Positions 20,510 to 31,075 are shown, counted from the whole stretch's first letter. The stretch is 63,479 nucleotides of DNA, filler included, from 6 parts of 6 records of this genome joined end to end with filler, not necessarily neighbours in it; one strand, 5' to 3'. Program-made: numbers and translations. The notes: generated by a model not told the origin, from the letters alone.

Positions 20510-21136
20510 ATGCTTCTGACTTTTGCGACCGGATTTGGCCTTGGCGGCGGACTGATCATTGCCATTGGCGCGCAGAATGCCTTTGTTCTCGGGCAAGGGT
20601 TGCGTCGCAACCATCCGGTGATGGTGGCATTTGTCTGCGCGCTATGTGATACCATCCTGATCGCAGCCGGTGTTGCCGGTCTGGGAACGTTGGTTGCCAC
20701 CTACCCGATCCTGACCAAAATCGCGACGTGGGGCGGTGCGGCCTTCCTGATCTGGTACGGGTTTGCAGCGCTCAGGCGTCTGTTTGAAACCGAAACCCTG
20801 TCAGAAAGCGATGTCAGGCAGGCGGGCTGGAAGGCAGTTCTGTCGACGGCGCTTGCCGTGACCCTCCTGAACCCGCATGTATATCTTGATACCGTTGTCA
20901 TGCTGGGCGGGATTGGCGGGCAATTCCCCGCCGACGAACGGCTGACCTTTGCGCTTGGCGCGATGAGCGCAAGCTTCGTCTGGTTCTTTGCCATCGCGCT
21001 GGGCGCGGCGTGGCTGGCCCCCTATGTGGCGCGGCCGATCACGTGGAAAATCATTGATGGGGTCACCTGTGCGGTGATGTGGCTGGTGGCTTACACGCTG
21101 ATCGCACCGGAAATCACGTCCCTGATTTATTCCTGA
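20510..21136 (+). CDS. argO: LysE/ArgO amino-acid exporter
   Basis: IAIGAQNAFVL; TLLNPHVYLDT. Confidence 0.9.
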   Translation: MLLTFATGFGLGGGLIIAIGAQNAFVLGQGLRRNHPVMVAFVCALCDTILIAAGVAGLGTLVATYPILTKIATWGGAAFLIWYGFAALRRLFETETLSESDVRQAGWKAVLSTALAVTLLNPHVYLDTVVMLGGIGGQFPADERLTFALGAMSASFVWFFAIALGAAWLAPYVARPITWKIIDGVTCAVMWLVAYTLIAPEITSLIYS

Positions 21137-21196
21137 GTAAAAATGAATAATCGATGTGATTAAACATTTTTTGTGAAAAATAGGGATTCGGGCGGC

Positions 21197-21775
21197 TTAT
21201 TTGCCCATCGCTTCCTTGAAATGCTGTCGGCAGACCGAGACATAGCGATCATTGCCACCGATTTCGACCTGGGCCCCCTCGCGCACCGTATTGCCGTTTT
21301 CATCAACGCGCAGAACCATCCCGGCCTTGCGTCCGCAATGACAGATTGTCTTAAGTTCGCTTAGCTTGTCCGCCCAGGCCAGAAGCCATTTCGAGCCTTC
21401 GAAAAGCTGCCCCTGAAAATCGGTACGGATGCCATAACACAGCACCGGCACGCCAAGCTTGTCGGCGACATCGGAAAGCTGCCAGACCTGATCCTTGGTC
21501 AGAAACTGTGCCTCGTCCACCAGCACGCAATCAATCCGGCCTTCATCAAGCTTTTCCCCAATCAGGGCGCAAAGATCGGTATTGCCGTCAAACAAGACGG
21601 CCGGGGCTTCAAGGCCAATGCGCGATGCGATCTTGCCGACACCGAAACGATCATCAAACGCCACGGTCAGCAGAAGCGTCTGCATGCCGCGTTCCTGATA
21701 GTTGAAGCTCGATTGCAAAAGCGTCGTCGATTTGCCCGCATTCATCGACGAATAATAAAAGAACAGCTTGGCCAT
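21197..21775 (-). CDS. tdk: Thymidine kinase
   Basis: [33 protein letters not shown]. Confidence 0.97.
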   Translation of the reverse strand: MAKLFFYYSSMNAGKSTTLLQSSFNYQERGMQTLLLTVAFDDRFGVGKIASRIGLEAPAVLFDGNTDLCALIGEKLDEGRIDCVLVDEAQFLTKDQVWQLSDVADKLGVPVLCYGIRTDFQGQLFEGSKWLLAWADKLSELKTICHCGRKAGMVLRVDENGNTVREGAQVEIGGNDRYVSVCRQHFKEAMGK

Positions 21776-21853
21776 GGTTTCCCCCGAAAATCGTTATTGG
21801 GGAATAGCCGATCAATCGGGATTGATCAATATGACAACGGCAGCCAAAAACGG

Positions 21854-22765
21854 TTATCCGCCATTGCGACCCATATCGATATCGCGCAGTTCGCGGCGCA
21901 TGAAATCAAGCAGCGACTGGATTTTGGCACTGCGCGTCACACCGGCCGGAAAGACGGCAAAAACTTCAAGATCGGGCAATTTGCAGTTCGGCAGAACATG
22001 CACGACATCGCCGCGCTCAATTTCATCGGCAATATCGCAAAACGGCACAACCGCAAGCCCGTGCCCGCCACGCAGGAATTGCAGACGGGCGGTTGCATTA
22101 TCAACCCGGACACTACCCGATACCCGAATGGATTTTTCCTGATCATCGCAGATCAGGCGCAGGGTTTCGGGAACCCGGCTATACATCACCCAGTCATGAT
22201 CGGCGAGCTGTTCGGGGGTTTCGGGCAAGCCCACCCGTGCAACATACCCCGACGACGCCGCAATGATCCGGTGGGTCTGATAGAGCTTGAAGCTTTTAAG
22301 CTCCGAGCTTTTAAGCGGCCCGGACCGGATGCCAATATCAATCCCCCGCCCGATCAGATCGACAACCTCGTCAGACAGATGAACATCAATCGCCACCCCC
22401 GGATAGGTCTGGCGAAACCGGTCAAGGATCGGCACGATCCGAAGTGTGCCCAGATGCACCGATGAAGTAATCGATATCTTGCCGACCGGCTCGTCACGCA
22501 TGACTTCGACCCGCTTGCGGGCGGCCTCAGCCTCCAGCGCAATCGTCCGGCAACTGTCGTAATAACGCGTTCCGGCATCGGTCAGGCTGAAATTGCGGGT
22601 GCTGCGCCGAAGCAGCGGCACGCCAAGTTTGGCTTCAAGCTGCCTGATCTGATGAGACACCGCAGCACGGCTCAGCCCCATCTTGCGCGCTGCGGCAGAA
22701 AACCCGCCATCCTCGACCACACGGGCGAAAATCATCATTGCCCGAACTTCATCCAGTGCCGACAT
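21854..22765 (-). CDS. LysR-family regulator (CrgA/DmlR-like)
   Basis: FSAAARKMGLS…LLRRSTR HTH; divergent from the DJ-1 gene. Confidence 0.92.
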   Translation of the reverse strand: MSALDEVRAMMIFARVVEDGGFSAAARKMGLSRAAVSHQIRQLEAKLGVPLLRRSTRNFSLTDAGTRYYDSCRTIALEAEAARKRVEVMRDEPVGKISITSSVHLGTLRIVPILDRFRQTYPGVAIDVHLSDEVVDLIGRGIDIGIRSGPLKSSELKSFKLYQTHRIIAASSGYVARVGLPETPEQLADHDWVMYSRVPETLRLICDDQEKSIRVSGSVRVDNATARLQFLRGGHGLAVVPFCDIADEIERGDVVHVLPNCKLPDLEVFAVFPAGVTRSAKIQSLLDFMRRELRDIDMGRNGG

Positions 22766-22875
22766 TTTATATGCTCATTTAATTTGACAATCTGTCCAAT
22801 TCTTCGATCTTCCGCAAATTAGATCAGCATTCTATCCTTGGTGCAAATCCTATTCACATATCAAGGACCAAAACG

Positions 22876-23556
22876 ATGCGTATTCTGATGATTGTGACGT
22901 CCCACGACAAAATGGGCGATACCGGCCATAAAACCGGTATCTGGCTGGAAGAACTTGCCGCCCCCTATTTCCGGTTCCGCGATGCCGGTGCCGATATCAC
23001 GCTGGCATCCCCCAAGGGTGGTCAGCCGCCGCTTGATCCCAACAGCCAGGTTCCCGATGCCCTGACCGAGGCGACCAAACGGTTTGAAGGTGATGCCGAC
23101 GCCCAGAAGGCATTCGCCAACACCGTGAAGCTTGATGGCCTGAAAGCCAATGATTACGACGCGCTGTTTTATCCCGGCGGTCACGGGCCGCTTTGGGATC
23201 TGGCAATTGATGCCAAATCCATCGCATTGATCGAGGCATTCGTCGCACAGGACAAACCGGTGGCCGCTGTCTGCCACGGCCCGGCAGCATTCGTGAATGC
23301 CAAAACCAAAGACGGCAAGCCGCTGGTGGCGGGCAAAAAAGTCACCGGCTTCACCAATGACGAAGAAAAGGCCGTCGGCCTTGAAAAGGTCGTCCCGCTT
23401 CTGATTGAGGACGAATTCACCAAACAGGGCGGCCTTTATGAACGCGCTGACATGTGGGCGTCCCATGCGGTTGTCGATGGCAAACTGGTAACTGGCCAGA
23501 ACCCTGCATCCAGCGATGCGGCCGCAGATGAGGTTATCAAACTGCTTGGTAAATAA
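22876..23556 (+). CDS. DJ-1/PfpI (Hsp31-like type 1 glutamine amidotransferase) protein
   Basis: WLEEL, PGGHGP, AVCHGP, TGQNPAS. Confidence 0.93.
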   Translation: MRILMIVTSHDKMGDTGHKTGIWLEELAAPYFRFRDAGADITLASPKGGQPPLDPNSQVPDALTEATKRFEGDADAQKAFANTVKLDGLKANDYDALFYPGGHGPLWDLAIDAKSIALIEAFVAQDKPVAAVCHGPAAFVNAKTKDGKPLVAGKKVTGFTNDEEKAVGLEKVVPLLIEDEFTKQGGLYERADMWASHAVVDGKLVTGQNPASSDAAADEVIKLLGK

Positions 23557-23560
23557 TCGC

Positions 23561-23591
23561 TTGACCTTCCAGCAACTGGAAGCCCCATAGT
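23561..23591 (+). promoter_or_regulatory. CueR-type (MerR-family) copper-responsive promoter
   Basis: -35 TTGACC, 19-bp spacer containing the palindrome CTTCCAG-CAA-CTGGAAG, -10 CATAGT; upstream of copZ. Confidence 0.85.
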
Positions 23592-23626
23592 CGGATTATC
23601 GAATCCAACCTGACGGAGCAACCGGA

Positions 23627-23827
23627 ATGCTGAAACTGAAAGTCGATGAAATGAGCTGCGGCCATTGCGCTGCCACTGTTACCAAAGCTGTCGAGGGCGT
23701 TTCGGGGGTTGAAAAAGCCGATATCGACCTTGCAAAGGGCGAAGTAACCGTGACCGGCAATCCCGATGTCGCAGCCCTGATCGCCGCCATTGACGATGCC
23801 GGTTATCCGGCCCGCGAACTGGCCTGA
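23627..23827 (+). CDS. copZ: CopZ heavy-metal (HMA) chaperone
   Basis: MSCGHC motif, 66 aa, C-terminal AGY. Confidence 0.92.
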   Translation: MLKLKVDEMSCGHCAATVTKAVEGVSGVEKADIDLAKGEVTVTGNPDVAALIAAIDDAGYPARELA

Positions 23828-23842
23828 TCGATCAAGATATCC

Positions 23843-23878
23843 ACGCGGAAGGCCGCCCCGATGGGCGGTCTTTTGCGT
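23843..23878 (+). terminator. Intrinsic terminator between convergent copZ and MFS genes
   Basis: GGCCGCCC-CGAT-GGGCGGTC followed by TTTT. Confidence 0.75.
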
Positions 23879-23893
23879 TTCGGTTTCCCGCAT

Positions 23894-25099
23894 TCAGGCT
23901 TTGTCGACATGTTCGATATCAGGCAGGAAAATCGCAAGGAAACCAATGGCCGGTAACCATGCGCAAACCTGATAGACCAGCCCCAGCCCGAAATGATCAG
24001 CCATCACGCCAAGAATGGCCGCACCAATCCCGCCAAGCCCAAAGGCCAGGCCAAAGAACAGACCGGAAATCATGCCAATACGTCCCGGCACAAGTTCCTG
24101 CGCATAGACAACAATCGCCGAAAATGCCGATGACAGGATCAGACCGATGGCAATCGAGAGCATCACGGTTGCCCCCAACCCGACATAGGGCAGGATCATT
24201 GCAAAGGGCAGTGCTCCAAGGATCGATCCCCAGATCACCTTTTTGCGGCCAATCCGGTCGCCGACCGATCCGCCGATCAGGGTTCCCGCCGCAACCGAGG
24301 CCAGGAAAATGAACAGATAAATCTGCGCATCGCCTTCGGAGAGCGGGAATTTTTCCATGAGGTAAAACACGTAATAGCTGGTGAAGCTGGCGAGATAGAA
24401 CCATTTCGACAGCATCAGACAGAACAGAACCAGAAGGCCGCCAATCACCTGGCGTCGGGCCGGAAGATTTGCCGCCAGATGAACAACACGCGGGCGCCGC
24501 ACGGCATGGCCGTTGCGTTTATACCAACGCCCGAGCAGCGTCAGGATCACAACACCGGCCAATGCAGCAAAGGCAAACCATGCCAGACTGCCCTGTCCGT
24601 GCGGCAAAACCACTGCGACCACCAGCAACGGCCCGATGGCTGAACCGACATTGCCGCCCACCTGAAACAGCGACTGCGCAAAGCCATGCGCCCCGCCCGA
24701 TGCCAGACGCGCCAGACGCGAGGATTCCGGGTGAAAGATCGACGATCCCACACCCAGCATCGCACTGCCCATAAGCAGCACCGCAAAACTGGTTGCCGAG
24801 GACAGAACCAAAAGCCCCGCCATCGACATCCCCATGCCGAATGGCAAGGAATAAGGTTGCGGTCGACGGTCCGTGAAATGGCCGATAAAGGGCTGCAGCA
24901 ACGATGCCGTCACCTGATAGGTCAGGGTCAATAGACCGAGCTGCGCAAACGATAGATCAAAGCCGCCCCTGAACACCGGATAAGCCGCGACAAATAGCGA
25001 CTGGATCATATCGTTCAGCAAATGGCAGAAACTGGCCGCACCCAGAACCGGCAAAACGGTTCGGGAGACTTGCGGTCGGTTGAGAACGGCTTCGTTCAT
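23894..25099 (-). CDS. MFS transporter, Fsr (fosmidomycin resistance)-like; start MNEAV
   Basis: CHLLNDMIQS, FHPESSR, AQSLFQVGGN, SGLFFG. Confidence 0.9.
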   Translation of the reverse strand: MNEAVLNRPQVSRTVLPVLGAASFCHLLNDMIQSLFVAAYPVFRGGFDLSFAQLGLLTLTYQVTASLLQPFIGHFTDRRPQPYSLPFGMGMSMAGLLVLSSATSFAVLLMGSAMLGVGSSIFHPESSRLARLASGGAHGFAQSLFQVGGNVGSAIGPLLVVAVVLPHGQGSLAWFAFAALAGVVILTLLGRWYKRNGHAVRRPRVVHLAANLPARRQVIGGLLVLFCLMLSKWFYLASFTSYYVFYLMEKFPLSEGDAQIYLFIFLASVAAGTLIGGSVGDRIGRKKVIWGSILGALPFAMILPYVGLGATVMLSIAIGLILSSAFSAIVVYAQELVPGRIGMISGLFFGLAFGLGGIGAAILGVMADHFGLGLVYQVCAWLPAIGFLAIFLPDIEHVDKA

Positions 25100-25234
25100 C
25101 GGGGACCTCGTTGAAATGACATTAAACGCACGCCTTGGTGCGTTGATCATCATTATAAAAATTGCAAAACGGCCCACCACCGCGTTAGGGTCAATTTATT
25201 ACGAGACTGGGCCAATCACGCAAGACAGGCATCG

Positions 25235-25993
25235 ATGTCATCATTTCGCGAAGTTCCAAGACCGATTATCGCATTGGGGACGGATTATCCCGATGGTCAT
25301 GTGATTGCCGCCCATCGCCATGATCGCGATCAGTTGCTATATGGCATGACCGGGGTTTTGATGGCATCAACCCCGCACGGCGCATGGATGATGCCGCCCC
25401 AGCGCGGCATGTTGATCCCCGCCGGGGTCATCCACGAGGTCCGCCTGTTTGGCGATGTCAAAATGCGCTCGCTTTATCTGCGCCCGGACCGGCTGGGCGC
25501 GACAGACAACCAGTGCAAGGTGGTCGGCATTTCATCGCTGATGCGTCATTTACTGATCGAAGCGGTTGCCGTCCCGGCGGAATATGATATGGCGGGTCGT
25601 GATGGGGCGCTGATGGCGCTGATCGAACATGAAATCAAACGGTTGCCGGTCCTGCCACTGTCGCTTCCGCTACCGGAACAGGCCGCATTACGGGAAAAAT
25701 GCCGTGCCTTTCTGGCATCGCCAACCCCGCATGAAACCATCGATGACTGGTGCCATCATCTGGGCATGAGCCGCCGAAGCTTTACCCGGCAGTTTCGCAA
25801 GGAAACCGGATCAAGCTTTGTCGAATGGCGTCAACAGGCCTGCATCCTAGCCGCCCTGCCAAGACTGGCCGCCGGCGAAGCCGTGACAACGATTGCGATG
25901 GACCTTGGCTATGACAATCCCGCCGCGTTCAGCAACATGTTCAAACGCATCCTTGGCGCATCACCGCGCGATTACCGGACTGCGGGCACATAG
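25235..25993 (+). CDS. AraC-family regulator with cupin domain (NimR-like)
   Basis: HRHDRDQLLY cupin; C-terminal AraC HTH (LGY…AFSNMFKR..G.SP). Confidence 0.92.
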   Translation: MSSFREVPRPIIALGTDYPDGHVIAAHRHDRDQLLYGMTGVLMASTPHGAWMMPPQRGMLIPAGVIHEVRLFGDVKMRSLYLRPDRLGATDNQCKVVGISSLMRHLLIEAVAVPAEYDMAGRDGALMALIEHEIKRLPVLPLSLPLPEQAALREKCRAFLASPTPHETIDDWCHHLGMSRRSFTRQFRKETGSSFVEWRQQACILAALPRLAAGEAVTTIAMDLGYDNPAAFSNMFKRILGASPRDYRTAGT

Positions 25994-26193
25994 GAAAATA
26001 TTTCGCCTCTGAGCTTACAAAAAAATGGAACATCAGGATCACTTCATCGGGCACCAAGCAAATTGCACATAGAAAAATGGTTAAGCCCGCATGCTAAATC
26101 AGGCTTAACCATTGAAAGATAACGCCGAAACAAGATCGGTGGCATTCATAATACCATATCAGCGCCGAGCCTTGGCGAAACGCAGCAGACAGC

Positions 26194-27858
26194 CTAAGCA
26201 GCCTTTACCGCCGACAAGAAAGCTTCGACTTTCTGAAGCAGGATATCTGCCTGCTGAGACATATTATTTGAGGCAGAAAGAACTTGCTCGGCCGCAGCCC
26301 CGGTTGATGCCGCGGCTTGGTTGACACCGTGAATATTGGCCGTTACTTCGCCGGTACCCGCAGAAGCCTCCTGGACGTTCCGATTGATTTCATCGGTTGC
26401 GGCACCTTGCTGTTCAACCGCACTGGCTATTGCCGATGCAATTTCACTGATTTCGGTGATGGTTGTTCCGATGGAATCAATGGCAACAACAGCGCCCTCT
26501 GTTTCGCTTTGGATTGCGGTTATCTGATTGGTAATTTCCTCGGTGGCCTTGGAGGTCGCATTAGCAAGGTTTTTCACCTCGGCCGCGACAACGGCAAAAC
26601 CTTTGCCTGCTTCACCTGCGCGGGCAGCCTCGATCGTGGCATTCAGAGCCAAAAGATTGGTCTGTGCCGCAATATCACTGATCAAACCGACGACATCACC
26701 AATTTTCTGAGCCGCTTCTGCAAGTCCACGAACCTGTGCATTCGTACTTTGCGCTTCCACAACAGCCTTATCCGCCACACGGGATGACTGTGTAACCTGA
26801 TGGCTGATTTCAGAGATCGATGCACTTAGTTCTTCGGACGCGCTGGCAACGGTTTGAACATTATTTGATGCCTGCTCGGCCGCCGCAGCAACAACCGTTG
26901 ACTGACGACTGGTTTCTTCCGCGGTTGCCGTCATTGACGTTGCAGTATGCTGCATTTCGGTCGCTGCATCCGAGACCGTTTTCAGAACGACCGATACATC
27001 ACCTTCAAAATCACCGGTCAGTTTTTCGATCAACCTGGCGCGGGATTCACGCTGTTTCTGGGCTTCGACTTCCTGGGCGGCCAGTTCCTCTGCCTTGATC
27101 ATGTTTTCTTTAAACACGAGCACCGCCTTGGCCATATCACCAATTTCATCCTTGTGATCCTGTCCGGGGATATCGACGGTTTTGTCGCCTCCGGCAAGAA
27201 CCCGCATCGCGTTTGTAATGGTAATAATCGGACGCGAAATACCAACACCGATCAGCCACGCTGCTGCCAAACCGACCACCACAGCAATTGCAGAAATAAT
27301 TGCGGCAAGCGAAATGGCAAAAGCGTTTTCTGCTTTTGCTCTAGGACCAATCTCATCCTGTTTGGCTTTGAAGGACAGTTTGAGTTCTTCGATGTCGCTT
27401 GCGACCTTTGGCCCCAGAACGTTCAGGGTCTTTTCAGCGATACGTTGTTGTTCCGCAGTATCCTTGGTTGCACTTAACGCGCGAACCGCCGCAGCATACT
27501 CCGCAATATCCTGATCCACAGCTTTCGCACTTTCGAGATAGTCAGGGTCTTTAACAAGAGACAAAAATTCGGCGTTAAGCTTTTTGGTTGTTTCCAATCT
27601 TTGATTTGCGTTTTCAAGTGCTTCAGGAGACTGCCTCATCTGAAAATTCAAAACCGAGACACGAGCTTCAAGCATATTGGCCTGAACACGTGAAGCTTGG
27701 TTTGATTGCAGTGCAATCTGCCGGTACTCGTTGAAATTACTGTCTGCATCCATCAATGCAATAACGCAGATCGCCGACACCGTGATCATCAAAACCAACA
27801 TCACGCCAAAACCGCCAGCAACTTTGATGGCAATTTTAATTCGCTTTAGAAGCCCCAT
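26194..27858 (-). CDS. Methyl-accepting chemotaxis protein
   Basis: Two TM segments, HAMP (DEIGDMAKA), IAAQTNLLALNATIEAARAGEAGKGFAVVA. Confidence 0.96.
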   Translation of the reverse strand: MGLLKRIKIAIKVAGGFGVMLVLMITVSAICVIALMDADSNFNEYRQIALQSNQASRVQANMLEARVSVLNFQMRQSPEALENANQRLETTKKLNAEFLSLVKDPDYLESAKAVDQDIAEYAAAVRALSATKDTAEQQRIAEKTLNVLGPKVASDIEELKLSFKAKQDEIGPRAKAENAFAISLAAIISAIAVVVGLAAAWLIGVGISRPIITITNAMRVLAGGDKTVDIPGQDHKDEIGDMAKAVLVFKENMIKAEELAAQEVEAQKQRESRARLIEKLTGDFEGDVSVVLKTVSDAATEMQHTATSMTATAEETSRQSTVVAAAAEQASNNVQTVASASEELSASISEISHQVTQSSRVADKAVVEAQSTNAQVRGLAEAAQKIGDVVGLISDIAAQTNLLALNATIEAARAGEAGKGFAVVAAEVKNLANATSKATEEITNQITAIQSETEGAVVAIDSIGTTITEISEIASAIASAVEQQGAATDEINRNVQEASAGTGEVTANIHGVNQAAASTGAAAEQVLSASNNMSQQADILLQKVEAFLSAVKAA

Positions 27859-28356
27859 ATTACTACCCCACACCCCAATAACTATCCTTTAGTATTGTTC
27901 CCCCAAAAAAGAACCACACATCTAGAGGGAGCCTTGATACAAAAGAATGAATTCATTTCACGCCGCAATCAGAGGAAACTGTTTCGCTCTGAGCAAAATT
28001 GTCCCATGCAATCAATGGCTTTGAATGAACATGACCTGCCCGCACGCAACCTGAGATGAAATATGCGACATTGCCTCAAGTCATCACGAAGGTTTTCTAA
28101 GGTTTCAGAATGCTTACAGGAAATAAACACTGTGCGACGATCATCCTGAGCACTTCGCCAAGCTGCGTATAATCACGTCTCACACTTTGCTTGAGATTAA
28201 CCAACACCCCAGTCGGAAAGTTAACAGTCAAGCGCAGATAGATCGCGAATGCCAAATATCGCCCGGGCAAAACATCGCTTATGCACGGATACAGGCGATC
28301 ATTTCAGTTTGGCACTGAAGTTCACTCTGCACACACCATCAAAGACAGAGAAACAG

Positions 28357-28415
28357 TGGTACAAAAATGAACCAAAATCAAGAAAAAACACCTTTAGTGG
28401 TATTTTTTTAGACCA
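28357..28415. promoter_or_regulatory. Two 18-bp TGGT-N10-ACCA operator-like palindromes upstream of the XRE gene
   Basis: TGGTACAAAAATGAACCA (28357-28374) and TGGTATTTTTTTAGACCA (28398-28415), both preceded by AG. Confidence 0.5.
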
Positions 28416-28511
28416 TTAAACCCAAAAGTATCAATTTTGAGAATCTAAATAAATCAAAGGTTCATGTTTTTTTGATTCTTCACACTCCAATTCCATACAG
28501 GAACAGCAGTT

Positions 28512-28946
28512 ATGATAACCAACCTTAGTGAGCGAATAAGAGAGGCAAGAAAGCATCTAGGGCTTAGTGCATCGGAAGCAGCAAACCTTGCCGGACTTAC
28601 ACGCAAATCGTGGGAACGTTACGAGCTGGACAAAAATGAACCAAAAGCATCATCTTTGGCTGTACTGGTTGATAAGGGCATAGACGCAAGCTGGCTGCTG
28701 ACAGGAAGGGGCAGCATGCTGAGAAGCGAAGTGCTGGATCAAGCGCGCGTGATTGACCCCGATTTAATACGCATGATTCTCGAGGAAATTGAATCCTATC
28801 GCTCACAAAACAATAGGACATGGAGCATATCGGAGGCGGCTCGCGTTATTGTTCTAAGCTATGAAATGCTGCAAGCAGAAAGAGATCGGGGTATTGAGCC
28901 ATCTCCAAGAAACCTGAACCTACTCTTACAGGCAGCAAATCTGTGA
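28512..28946 (+). CDS. XRE/cI-like HTH regulator without peptidase domain
   Basis: ERIREAR..LGLS…YE…P…WLLTGRG. Confidence 0.88.
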   Translation: MITNLSERIREARKHLGLSASEAANLAGLTRKSWERYELDKNEPKASSLAVLVDKGIDASWLLTGRGSMLRSEVLDQARVIDPDLIRMILEEIESYRSQNNRTWSISEAARVIVLSYEMLQAERDRGIEPSPRNLNLLLQAANL

Positions 28947-29062
28947 TTTAACGACAAAAAGCTCAGGTGCCTCCCAATTCTACAAAAAATATGTTTTATG
29001 AAATCTTCAGGCAACATTTGGCTCATTAACGTTGAAGATGATTAGCGACACATAGAACCCAA

Positions 29063-29102
29063 CAAAAAGCCGCCTGTTTCAGATCGAAACGGGCGGCTTT
29101 TG
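29063..29102. terminator. Bidirectional intrinsic terminator
   Basis: CAAAAAGCCGCCTGTTTC-loop-GAAACGGGCGGCTTTTTG. Confidence 0.88.
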
Positions 29103-29123
29103 CACATCTTCTGATGATTGAAA

Positions 29124-29196
29124 TCAGCCGAGGATTTTGTCGCGGAGCATCTGGTTGACCATGCCCGGGTTGGCTTTGCCACCCGTGGATTTCATG
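29124..29196 (-). CDS. gatB: C-terminal fragment of GatB (Asp/Glu-tRNA amidotransferase subunit B)
   Basis: MKSTGGKANPGMVNQMLRDKILG* matches the GatB/Yqey tail; truncated by the linker. Confidence 0.75.
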
Positions 29197-29346
29197 NNNN
29201 NNNNNNNNNNNNNNNNNNNNNNNNNNNNNNNNNNNNNNNNTTAATTAATTAANNNNNNNNNNNNNNNNNNNNNNNNNNNNNNNNNNNNNNNNNNNNGTTA
29301 TCGCGCCGCCAGCGACGCTCCTGCATAAGAACCTGGAGGTTCTTGC

Positions 29347-29730
29347 ATGTCCAAAGCCCTGTTGATCATGGCCCATGGCAGCCGCAGTGAAACGGCCAAC
29401 GACGAGTTTCGTGCGCTGGTGGACACCGTGGCGGGATCTGCCCACGCCGCCGGGCAGGAGTACGTGGCCGTATTGCCCTGTTTTCTCGAGTTGGCGACTC
29501 CCTCTTTGATTGAAGCGATTCAACAGCTGGAACATCAGCCGGTGAAAACCGTGCAGCTTTACCCGTTGTTCTTCAACAAGGGGAAACACGTGGGAAAGGA
29601 TATTCCGGCACAAATTGAAGAGGCCCGCGAGCGTTTTCCTGATCTGGATATCGAATTGATGCACTATTTTGGCAGTGCCGTCGGGCTCGCACCGCTGGTG
29701 GTGCAACATCTTCAGGAACAGGAAAACTGA
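29347..29730 (+). CDS. CbiX/SirB sirohydrochlorin chelatase-family protein
   Basis: AHGSR, CFLELATP, PLFFNKGKHV..DIP. Confidence 0.88.
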   Translation: MSKALLIMAHGSRSETANDEFRALVDTVAGSAHAAGQEYVAVLPCFLELATPSLIEAIQQLEHQPVKTVQLYPLFFNKGKHVGKDIPAQIEEARERFPDLDIELMHYFGSAVGLAPLVVQHLQEQEN

Positions 29731-29746
29731 CCCGGAACCGGCTGTC

Positions 29747-31003
29747 ATGGATGACATGGAAACCACGCTTCAACGGATTTTTGCCAGCGAATCCCGCCGG
29801 GTACTGGCGACGCTGATTCGTCTGCTGGGGGATTTCGATCTGGCAGAAGATGCCTTGCAGGAAGCGTTCGTCGCTGCCCTGCGGCAATGGCCGGAAGACG
29901 GCGTGCCAGATAATCCCCGTGCCTGGCTGGTCTCTGCGGGGCGCTTCAAGGCCATCGATCAGTTACGCCGCCGTGCCCGTTACGACGCGCTATTGCGTGA
30001 GCAGGCGGATCACCTTGCCGCCCAGGCGACGGTGGAAATGGAGATAGAGAATGCGGCCATCGAGGATGACCGGCTGCGCCTGATCTTCACCTGTTGTCAC
30101 CCGGGGCTGGCGCCGCAAGCCCAGGTGGCGCTGACATTACGGGAAGTGTGTGGGCTCACCACGGAAGCCATCGCCCGGGCCTTTCTCAGCAAACCCGCCA
30201 CTGTGGCCCAGCGGATTGTTCGCGCCAAGGGCAAGATCCGCGATGCGAAAATTCCTTACGAGGTGCCGGAAGGCGCGGCATTGGCGGAGCGTCTGCAGTC
30301 GGTCCTGCAGGTGATCTATCTGGTGTTCAACGAGGGCTATCTGGCGTCGTCTGGCGAGCAGGCGCTGCGCCATGATCTCAGCGAGGAAGCGATTCGCCTG
30401 GCCGAGCTGGTGCTGGCCTTGCTGGCGGAACGCACCGACCAGCCCGACCCGGAGTGCCAGGGTTTGTTGGCGCTGATGCTGCTTCACCACGCCCGCCGAG
30501 CGACGCGCACGGATGCTCAAGGCGAGCTGGTGTTGCTGGAAAACCAGCAGCGCAGTCTCTGGGACCGTCAGGAAATCCAGCGCGCGGATCAACTGGTGCG
30601 TCAGGCCTTGCTGTCACGGCGCTTCGGGCCTTATACCCTGCAGGCCGCCATTGCGGCAGTGCATGCACAGTCACCCAGCAGTGCAGAGACTGACTGGCAG
30701 GAAATCGTCGGGCTCTATGATCTGTTGATGCAGCATATGCCGACGCCCATCGTGGCGCTCAATCGGGCGGCGGCGCTGGCCATGCGTGATGGCCCGGAGG
30801 CCGGCTTGCAGGCACTGGCGCCGCTGATGGAGAACAAGGCCCTGCAAGGGTATCACCTGGCCCATGCCGCACTGGCAGATATGCACCGGCAATTAGGCCA
30901 TCAGGACGCGGCGGTTCAGGCCTATACGCAAGCGCTGGTATTGGCGACGCAACCAGCGGAAAAACGCTTTCTGCAACAACGGCTTGCCGACCTTTCCGGG
31001 TAG
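29747..31003 (+). CDS. ECF sigma factor with C-terminal TPR extension (ECF42 type)
   Basis: AEDALQEAF, DDRLRLIFTCCHP, IYLVFNEGY, YTLQAAIAA.H; neighbouring DGPF gene. Confidence 0.9.
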   Translation: MDDMETTLQRIFASESRRVLATLIRLLGDFDLAEDALQEAFVAALRQWPEDGVPDNPRAWLVSAGRFKAIDQLRRRARYDALLREQADHLAAQATVEMEIENAAIEDDRLRLIFTCCHPGLAPQAQVALTLREVCGLTTEAIARAFLSKPATVAQRIVRAKGKIRDAKIPYEVPEGAALAERLQSVLQVIYLVFNEGYLASSGEQALRHDLSEEAIRLAELVLALLAERTDQPDPECQGLLALMLLHHARRATRTDAQGELVLLENQQRSLWDRQEIQRADQLVRQALLSRRFGPYTLQAAIAAVHAQSPSSAETDWQEIVGLYDLLMQHMPTPIVALNRAAALAMRDGPEAGLQALAPLMENKALQGYHLAHAALADMHRQLGHQDAAVQAYTQALVLATQPAEKRFLQQRLADLSG

Positions 31004-31048
31004 CGGTTTTATCCGCGGCTAGCGGAATGTTGAAAAAAACAGGGGCGC

Positions 31049-31075
31049 TGTCGAAAGCGGGGTTTCAGGTTCGAC
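31049..31075 (+). promoter_or_regulatory. ECF42-type promoter
   Basis: TGTCGA-17bp-CGAC upstream of the SnoaL/DGPF genes, matching the reported ECF42 consensus. Confidence 0.75.

Noticed and set aside
27874-28350. Long intergenic region upstream of the MCP as a riboswitch or sRNA
   Set aside because: No recognisable conserved motif or convincing terminator by eye; an Rfam search would be needed.
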